Assembly (NCBI GenBank): GCA_963704165.1
Contig: CAVPHD010000004.1
Span: forward strand, 352,001-416,000
Reading direction: 5' to 3'
Source of the DNA: an uncultured delta proteobacterium
Lineage (GTDB): Bacteria; Myxococcota_A; UBA9160; SZUA-336
Length of the DNA: 64,000 nt
Numbering within the stretch: position 1 is the stretch's first letter; the number at the start of each line of letters is the position of its first letter. Shown piece after piece: positions 57,291-64,000 of the stretch. Position numbers and translations under genes: made by a program. Below the pieces are notes generated by a model. The model was not told the origin of the DNA. It did no database searches and saw only the letters and a list, made by a program, of their open reading frames with translations.

Positions 57291-58439
57291 TCAGAATGCG
57301 GATTCCACGGCGCTCGCCGTGCTGCATCGGGCCGGAGCGTAGCCGACCGATGGCAGCAGTGGAACCGCGGGCGCGGACAGCACGAGGTCCTGGCCCGCGT
57401 CGATGCTCGAGCCCGGCACCGCGGGCAGCGACAGCGCGGAGAGCGCCAGGTTGCCTCCGTCGCCATTCCGGATCGGTTGAACCGATTCGGTGTAGCTCGG
57501 TCGTGCGCTGCCCGGGTCGGCGCGCGTCGGCGCGTTCAACGTGTAGAGAGTCCCGCCGCCGGTCACGCCGTTCCCCCAGACCAAGAACGGGATCGTGTAG
57601 TTCGCGGCGTCGGTCGCGGTTCCATGTCCGGTGCCCGTGCCGCCGTGGTCAGTGGAGAGGATGACGAGGGTGTTTCCGTCGAGCTGCGGGTCCGCCTCGA
57701 CGAGCGCGAGGACGTCCGCGAGGTAGCCGTCGATCGTGTGGATCGAGGCGTTCCAGGCCGGACTGCCCCATCCGCTCGCGTGCCCCACGTCGTCGGGCGT
57801 GCTGTAGTGGACGAAGGCGTAGCGGAAGCGGCTCGAGGCCATGTCCGCGAGGAAGGTCGCGTGCATCGATGCTGCGGAGGTGTTCACGTAGCGGTCGATC
57901 TTGTCGGCGCCGTCATCCGCGCCGGTCACGTCGGGCGCGCCGTGCGCCGCGTCGTAGCTCTGTTCGAAGAGCACGAACTTGCTCTTCGACGCGTACAGAG
58001 CCGTCGAGAGCCCGTGATCGTGGGCGACGTCGAAAACGCTCGCGACGTACGAGAGGTTCGGGTTCCCGGACTCGTGCAGCGTGACGGTCGGCGCGGGATC
58101 ACTGTTGCCCGTGTACCCGTGGTGCACCGTGTTCGGCAGTCCCGAAGGCTGCGAGACCGGGCGTCCGGTCAGCATCGAGACGTGGTTGGGCAGCGTGTTC
58201 GTGTGCGTGGTGTCGGTGCGCGCGTTGAAGGTGACGGCGCCCTCGGCGACGAAGCGCGCGAACGTCTCGTAGTCACCCGCGGTGTCGTTCGCGACCAGCG
58301 TTTCGAGCAGGGGGCCCGAGAGCCCATCGACACTGATCTGGATCACATGGTCGGCGGCGAAGGCCACGCTCGGTGCATGCCAGCCGAAGAGCGCGGCGAG
58401 CGCGAGCGCGACTGCCGAAGCGCAGGTCCTCCGATCCAC
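57291..58439 (-). CDS. Exported alkaline-phosphatase-superfamily / type I phosphodiesterase
   Basis: Signal peptide ending AFA, ISVDGL, TLPNHVSMLTG, PDDVGH, STDHGG. Confidence 0.85.
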   Translation of the reverse strand: MDRRTCASAVALALAALFGWHAPSVAFAADHVIQISVDGLSGPLLETLVANDTAGDYETFARFVAEGAVTFNARTDTTHTNTLPNHVSMLTGRPVSQPSGLPNTVHHGYTGNSDPAPTVTLHESGNPNLSYVASVFDVAHDHGLSTALYASKSKFVLFEQSYDAAHGAPDVTGADDGADKIDRYVNTSAASMHATFLADMASSRFRYAFVHYSTPDDVGHASGWGSPAWNASIHTIDGYLADVLALVEADPQLDGNTLVILSTDHGGTGTGHGTATDAANYTIPFLVWGNGVTGGGTLYTLNAPTRADPGSARPSYTESVQPIRNGDGGNLALSALSLPAVPGSSIDAGQDLVLSAPAVPLLPSVGYAPARCSTASAVESAF

Positions 58440-58488
58440 GGCCGGATCCTAGCCGATCTCCGCGCTCGCACTCCGAGGAGACGCGCGG

Positions 58489-60167
58489 TCAGTGGCTCTC
58501 GCGCCAGGGATCCCAGTCGTCGCTGAGCTCGGGGAGCTTCGAGCGGTCGCCGAAGACCTCGCCGGAGAGAATCGGGCGCAGCAGGTCCGTCTCGAGCACC
58601 TCGCTCGCCGCCGCGACCCCGCTGCGCAGCACGCCGGAGATGCCCGGACCCGACGGCGTGCTCGCGCCGCACAGGAACAGGCCCTCGATCTCCGTGCGCG
58701 GTCCCACGCGCATCGGTCCGGCCTGGCGTGCAGGACATCTCGATCCCGTACGAGGTGCCGCCCGTCGAGTGCGTGAATCGCTCCTGGCTGATCGGCGTCG
58801 CGGCCTCCTGCCAGACGATGTGCTCGCGCAGGCCCGGAATCACCCGCTCCGACGTGTCGATCAGGTGGTCCATCAGCTCTTTCTTGCGCTCGCGGTAGAC
58901 GGGATCGCGGTGGTACTCGCCGCCGTCGGCGGGGCCCTTCTCGACGTTCCAGATCGCGTAGTCGCGTGGCACCAGCGTCATGATCTGCAGGTTCGTGTGA
59001 CCCGCGGGCGCGAGATGCGTGCTCACCGGATCCTTCAGGCTCGCGGTCGTGATGTACGCCATCGCCTTCGTCGAGAATCGACCGGCGTCGAGCTCGTCGT
59101 ACATCGACTCGATGTCGTAGTCCGCCCCAGATGAAATGATTGCTGTTCGGCATGCCTTGCGCGGCGAGGTCGATGTCGAGGCCGAGGTAGACGCAGAAGA
59201 GCGGGATCGCCATCTCGAGATCGCGGATCCGCTCGAGCGTCTCGGGCTTGAGGTGCTCGGCACCGATCAGCTCGAAGTAGGTGCGCTTCAGGTCGGCGTT
59301 CGAGATCACGATCGGCGCGTCGATCTCCGTCGGCGGGCGGTCCTTCCTTCCCGTGACCACGCCGACGGCTCGGCCCTTCTCGATGCGAATGTGCCGGACC
59401 GGGCTCTGCGTCCGGACCTCGCCGCCGTTGGCGCGGATCGACTCGACCAGTCGACCCGCCAGCACCTGCCCGCCGCCTTCCGGGTAGTACGCGCCGCGCA
59501 GGAAGTGATCGGTCAGCCCCGCGGCCATCGCGACCGGCGTGTTGGAGGGACGCACCGCGTAGCAGCCCTGCTCGCCGAGCAGAACCGCCGCAGCCTGCGG
59601 CGAGAGCTTGTGCTCGGCGAAGAGGTCGGTCACCGGGCGCAGACCCTGCTGAAGGAAGGAAGGGGACTTCGTCAGGATGTCGGCCATGGCGATCTCGCCG
59701 CGGCCGAGCGCGTGCCCGGTGGTCGCCACGTCGCGCATCACGTCGAGAACCGCGTCGAGCGCCGCGGTCTCGGTGGGGAACGTCTGGTGCAGACGCGCCC
59801 GGTAGCGGTCCCAGCCGAACGGAACCCGAAACGACAGGTCGGGGAAGTGCAGCGTCGAGTAGCCGTCGGGATCCATCGGCCGGAACACCACGCGCTCCGC
59901 CAGGCCGAGCCCGTTCAGCACGGCCGTGATCACCCCGTCGCGGCCGCACTCGCCGATGTAGTGGATGCCGACGTCGAACTCGTACTCGCGACCCTGGTGC
60001 TTGCGCCGGAAGACCTGGCTGTTTCCGCCCGCGACGTAGTGACCTTCGAGCACCAGCGTCCGCCGGCCGGCCGCGCACAGGTACGCCGCCGTGGCGAGGC
60101 CACCCAGGCCCGATCCGATCACGATCGCGTCGAACTTCTCCCGCTCACCCGAAGCCGCGGCACCCAT
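58489..60167 (-). CDS. Phytoene-desaturase / retinol-saturase family FAD oxidoreductase, frameshifts near 59125 and 58725
   Basis: IGSGLGGL, FDVGIHYIG, YPEGGGQ, ISNAD, EAATP, GLFLCGAS. Confidence 0.88.
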
Positions 60168-60627
60168 GCCTTCCTCCCCGCTCACCGGCGCAAACCAACA
60201 CACCACGACGCGGCCGTGGGACACACGACCCCGCCGACGCACCGTTCCATGCTCTCACACAGGACCCCATGCATGCCGCGGGCCAGAGGATCCGAGGATC
60301 GCGGGGTGACCAGACCCCCGGGAACCGCGACGGCGCGGATGCCCAGCCAGCCGCAGCGAGCCCCGGGGCGTATGCCCTGGACTCGGTGCGAGACGTCGAA
60401 ACAGGATTGTGTCGGAGCCGCGAGCCGCGAGCTGCAATCGGCGCGCGAACGCAGCCACTCAGGGTCGCCGTTCGACGGGATCCGGCGTCCCCGCGGCGCC
60501 TTCGCAAGTCACATCGAGTATCTCAGGTGGAAGCCGTCCCGATCCGTCCATGAGATCTGACAAGCTCACTTGCACCGTTTTGTTTCACCGCCGACCTGCC
60601 GAATCAGTGATTTCAGGGAGAGACGCG

Positions 60628-61245
60628 ATGGGATCGGAGCGTCGACGGAATCCGCGTATTCGCTGCAACATCCCCTGCACGCTGCAGATCGGGAAGAGCT
60701 CGCTCACGGGCAAAGTCTGCAACGTCTCCGCGAGCGGGCTCGGCGTCACTGCGGTGGCACCGGGCGCGGACCAGGGCGATGCGGTCCGCGTGACTCTGCG
60801 CGCGGAGGGGAAGACGATCGTGATCCGCGCCCTCGTCTGGCACGTTCGGACGCTGAGTCACGGTGCGGACGAGAAGGCGTCGCGGATCTTCGGCCTCGTG
60901 CTCTCCGATGCCGCGCCGGAGTTCGCGAAGCTCGTCGAGCGGCTCGGCACGAAGCAGTCGAAACCGCCCGCCCCGCCGCCCCCGCCACCGACTCCCAAGC
61001 GTGCTCGTCCCGTCGTGCCCGGGCCCGCCGATCACGGCGCGATCGCGCTCGCGCGACCGGCGACAGGGGCGGCGAGCCCCGAGCCGGTCCGGCTCCGCGA
61101 GTATCGAATCCGAATCAAGCAGAACGGGGGCCCCCGAACCTGCCAGATCGTCGCGAGTGGCGTCAGCCTGGAAGCCGCGGTCAAGGCGGCGCTCGACGAG
61201 GTGGGTCCGGGCTGGATCGTTCTCGAGGCCGCCGCGATCAGCTGA
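60628..61245 (+). CDS. PilZ-domain protein with Pro-rich linker and small C-terminal domain
   Basis: ERRRNPR (RxxxR), NVSASG (NxSxxG), GGGAG RBS. Confidence 0.8.
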   Translation: MGSERRRNPRIRCNIPCTLQIGKSSLTGKVCNVSASGLGVTAVAPGADQGDAVRVTLRAEGKTIVIRALVWHVRTLSHGADEKASRIFGLVLSDAAPEFAKLVERLGTKQSKPPAPPPPPPTPKRARPVVPGPADHGAIALARPATGAASPEPVRLREYRIRIKQNGGPRTCQIVASGVSLEAAVKAALDEVGPGWIVLEAAAIS

Positions 61246-61301
61246 GCACGAGCAAGGCAGTGCACCGGCATGGCAGTATGGGCCCGAGGAGCCTGACGAC
61301 C

Positions 61302-62432
61302 ATGCGAACCAAGCTTGCCGCGGATCTCGGCCTCGAGTTCCCGATCTTTGCATTCACCCACTGCCGCGACGTGGTCGCCGCGGTTTCCAACGCCGGCGGG
61401 CTCGGCGTGCTCGGCGTGGCCGGGCGCTCGCTCGCCGACCTGAAGATCGAGCTCGAGTGGATCGAGAAGCAGGTCGGCGACAAGCCGTACGGCGTCGATC
61501 TGCTCCTGCCGACGAAATTCGTCGGCAGCGACAAGGGCGGCTTCGACGCGTCGAAGCTCGACTCGCTGATCCCCGAAGGCCATCGCCGCTTCCTCGACGA
61601 GCTGCTCGAGAAGTACGGGGTACCGCAGCTTCCGCCCGGCGACGCCGCGAGCCCGGAGTTCAGCGTCGGCTTCGAGAAACAGCGCGACGTGCTCGACCTG
61701 TGCTTCGAGCACCGCATCCGACTGATCGCGAGCGCCCTCGGGCCTCCGCCGGAATACATGATCGAGCAGGGGCGCGCGAAGGGCGTGAAGGTGGCGGCGC
61801 TCGCGGGCACCGTCGAGCACGCGCGGCGGCACGTCGAGGCGGGCGTCGACATCGTCGTGGCACAGGGCTACGAGGCCGGCGGCCACACGGGCGAGATCTC
61901 GACCATGGTGCTCGTGCCCGAGGTCGTCGACGCCGTCGCTCCGCTGCCGGTGCTCGCCGCCGGCGGGATCGCGAATGGGCGCCAGATCACCGCGGCGCTC
62001 GCGCTCGGCGCGCAGGGCGTCTGGACCGGCTCGGTCTGGCTGACGACGGAAGAGGCCGAGACGCACCCGGTCGTGAAGGAGAAGTTCCTGCGCGCGTCCT
62101 CGCGCGACACCGTCCGCTCGCGCTCGGTCACCGGAAAGCCCGCGCGGCAGCTCCGCACCGCCTGGACCGAGGCCTGGGACGACCCGGCGAATCCGGCGCC
62201 GCTGCCGATGCCGCTCCAGCCGCGCCTGGTCCGCGAGGCGCAGGTGCGGATCGCGCGCTCCGCGCACAAGTCGCCCGGCGCCGAGCAGCTGATCAACTAC
62301 TTCGTCGGTCAGGTCGTCGGCTCCATGAATCACGTGCGGCCGACGCGGCGCGTGATCGAGGAGATGGCGCAGGAGTACGCCGACACGATGGAGCGGCTCG
62401 ACGCCTGGGCGGAGGGTTCGAGCGAGGAGTGA
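61302..62432 (+). CDS. Nitronate monooxygenase family FMN oxidoreductase
   Basis: PIFAFTHCRDVVAAVS, AQGYEAGGHTG, LAAGGIANG, GVWTGSVWL. Confidence 0.92.
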   Translation: MRTKLAADLGLEFPIFAFTHCRDVVAAVSNAGGLGVLGVAGRSLADLKIELEWIEKQVGDKPYGVDLLLPTKFVGSDKGGFDASKLDSLIPEGHRRFLDELLEKYGVPQLPPGDAASPEFSVGFEKQRDVLDLCFEHRIRLIASALGPPPEYMIEQGRAKGVKVAALAGTVEHARRHVEAGVDIVVAQGYEAGGHTGEISTMVLVPEVVDAVAPLPVLAAGGIANGRQITAALALGAQGVWTGSVWLTTEEAETHPVVKEKFLRASSRDTVRSRSVTGKPARQLRTAWTEAWDDPANPAPLPMPLQPRLVREAQVRIARSAHKSPGAEQLINYFVGQVVGSMNHVRPTRRVIEEMAQEYADTMERLDAWAEGSSEE

Positions 62433-62434
62433 AT

Positions 62435-62453
62435 CGAGCGGGGCGGCCCGCTC
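62435..62453. terminator. Short hairpin CGAGCGGG-cgg-CCCGCTCG between convergent genes
   Basis: 8-bp inverted repeat with no U-tract. Confidence 0.3.
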
Positions 62454-62468
62454 GCGGATCGCACCTCC

Positions 62469-63800
62469 TCAGCCGTCCAGGTCGCCGCTGCGCAGATCCT
62501 CGTCGACGCGGCGGTCGCGGCGTCGCAGGTACCAGAGCAGCGCCTGGCCTCCGAGCCAGCGCAGCGGCTCGGGTGGCCAGGGCCATTCGAAGCGCTCGAG
62601 CGCGCGTGCGAATTCCGGCGGCTCGCCGAGCGCCTCGTCGGCGAGCGCCGAGCCCATCATCGTGCAGGTCGGCACGCCGTGGCCGTTGCAGCCGCTGTAG
62701 TAGAGCGCGTTGCCGCCGCCGAGCGCGCCGTGGACGGGCAGGAAGTCCACGGTGAGCGCGATCCAGCCGCCCCAATAGCGCTCGATCGGTACACCGCCGA
62801 GGGTCGGGAAGCGCTCGCGGAACGCGCGCTCGATCAGCGCGAACGAATCCTCTTGATAGGCCGCGGGAAGGCGGCGGCCGAACGCAACGTTCACGTCCTT
62901 CGATCCGCCGACGACGCGGCCGTCCGCGGTGATGCGGTAGTTCTCGAGGATCTCGTGCGCGGTGTAGATCGCTTCGCCGCCGCGCCATCCGAGTGATTCG
63001 CGTTCGCTCGGCGTCAGCGGCCGCGTGACGAACTGGTGGACGCGCGCCGGGACCGTCTTGCCGCGCAGCAGGCCGAACGCGACGGGCGTGTAGGCGTTCG
63101 TGCAGAGCAAGACCTTCCGCGCGCGGAGCGTGCCGCCGGATGTCTCGATGCGCGGCTCGCCGCGAAGCTCGAGCGCCTGCACGGGCGTCTGTTCGAAGAC
63201 GCGCGCGCCCGACGCGAGCACCGCGCGCCGCAGGCCGAGCGCGTACTTGCCCGGGTGCATGTGACCGCCGCAGCCCTCGAGCACGCCGAAGCGGAAGGCC
63301 GGCGGCAGGCCGCGCTCCCCCATCGCGGCCTCGTCGAGGAAGCTCGTCTTCAGGCCGAGGTCGCGCGCGAGCTCGGCGCTCGCGCGCAGCGGCTCGCGGT
63401 GGCGCGGGTGCACGCCGGCGATCACGTTTCCGCTCTGCACGTACTCGCATTCGATGCCGCGCGCCGCGATCGTCTCTTCCCAGAATTCGACGGCGCGCTC
63501 GGCGAAGCGAATCAGTCGCGCGCCGCGCTCGCGTCCGGCCTGTCGGATCACGCTGACGATGTCCTTGCCGATCGTCGGCGTGACGTGACCCGCGTTGCGG
63601 CCGCTCGCGCCCGCGCCGCAGAACTCCGCCTCGACGAGCGCGACGTCGACCCCGCGCTCGGCGAGCCGCAACGCGGCGCACATGCCGGTGATCCCGCCGC
63701 CGACGACGGCGACGTCGCAGTGCAGATCCCCTTCGAGCTTCGCAGCGAGGGGCGCCGGAGGCTCGAGCCAGAAGCTGCCGTCGGTGAAGGGAAGCTGCAT
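62469..63800 (-). CDS. FAD-dependent oxidoreductase, DAO family (gamma-glutamylputrescine-oxidase-like)
   Basis: VVGGGITG, GASGRNAG, HPGKYALGL, TNAY, GCNGHGV. Confidence 0.9.
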   Translation of the reverse strand: MQLPFTDGSFWLEPPAPLAAKLEGDLHCDVAVVGGGITGMCAALRLAERGVDVALVEAEFCGAGASGRNAGHVTPTIGKDIVSVIRQAGRERGARLIRFAERAVEFWEETIAARGIECEYVQSGNVIAGVHPRHREPLRASAELARDLGLKTSFLDEAAMGERGLPPAFRFGVLEGCGGHMHPGKYALGLRRAVLASGARVFEQTPVQALELRGEPRIETSGGTLRARKVLLCTNAYTPVAFGLLRGKTVPARVHQFVTRPLTPSERESLGWRGGEAIYTAHEILENYRITADGRVVGGSKDVNVAFGRRLPAAYQEDSFALIERAFRERFPTLGGVPIERYWGGWIALTVDFLPVHGALGGGNALYYSGCNGHGVPTCTMMGSALADEALGEPPEFARALERFEWPWPPEPLRWLGGQALLWYLRRRDRRVDEDLRSGDLDG

Positions 63801-63812
63801 TCGCGTCGGCCC

Positions 63813-64000
63813 TCAGTGGATCGAGTAGATCGAGGCCAGGATGCGCTCGAAGAGCGCGGCGGGAAGGAGGCGCTTCGCGAACGTCCCGGCGCGCTGGTCG
63901 CGGCGCCCCGCCGCGTAGCGCACGCCGACGCGGCGCGCCGAAACGAGCTTCGCCACGAGATCGGCGACGCGCTGCGGGTCCGCGCCGTTGCGCTCGTCGC
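63813..64000 (-). CDS. C-terminal fragment of a probable SDR oxidoreductase (partial)
   Basis: Manual translation ...DERNGADPQRVADLVAKLVSARRVGVRYAAG...KRLLPAALFERILASIYSIH* resembles an SDR tail. Confidence 0.6.
   Translation of the reverse strand, partial: DERNGADPQRVADLVAKLVSARRVGVRYAAGRRDQRAGTFAKRLLPAALFERILASIYSIH

Noticed and set aside
58489..60167. Carotenoid biosynthesis locus
   Set aside because: This is a lone desaturase-family gene with no crtB/crtE or other pathway genes nearby.
1..64000. tRNA, rRNA, IS elements, prophage or defence systems
   Set aside because: No recognisable signatures by eye. A covariance-model and HMM scan would be needed to exclude small RNAs.

Overview
High-GC (roughly 70% by eye), gene-dense bacterial chromosomal segment with about 55 CDS. 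I saw no rRNA, tRNA, CRISPR array, transposase or integrase. Gene content (PilZ proteins, Ser/Thr kinase, PEP-CTERM, DUF1329, many lipid and CoA enzymes) suggests a Myxococcota/Binatota-like organism, which is inference only. Most of the window is lipid/steroid/aromatic catabolism plus signalling. Main loci: (1) 43195-52303, a six-gene porin-multiheme-cytochrome cluster resembling PCC3. It holds an inner-membrane His-rich protein, a 21-heme cytochrome, a TPR/beta-barrel protein, a ~20-heme cytochrome built from recently expanded 138-bp tandem repeats, a membrane-anchored ferredoxin-flavoprotein with permuted motif order, and an exported Sel1-ankyrin protein. (2) 27565-33557, an ExbB/ExbD/TonB-like motor with no TonB-dependent receptor in the locus, coupled to a 1094-aa exported protein of about 40 Ca-binding-type DxNxDG repeats. 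(3) A recurring sigma-28-like promoter motif upstream of signalling genes and of both loci above. (4) 8837-12718, an Ltp2-like aldolase/DUF35/PHP/MaoC operon. At least 17 genes carry indels, densest at 9-12.3 kb, most likely long-read sequencing errors. Coordinates of those genes are approximate.
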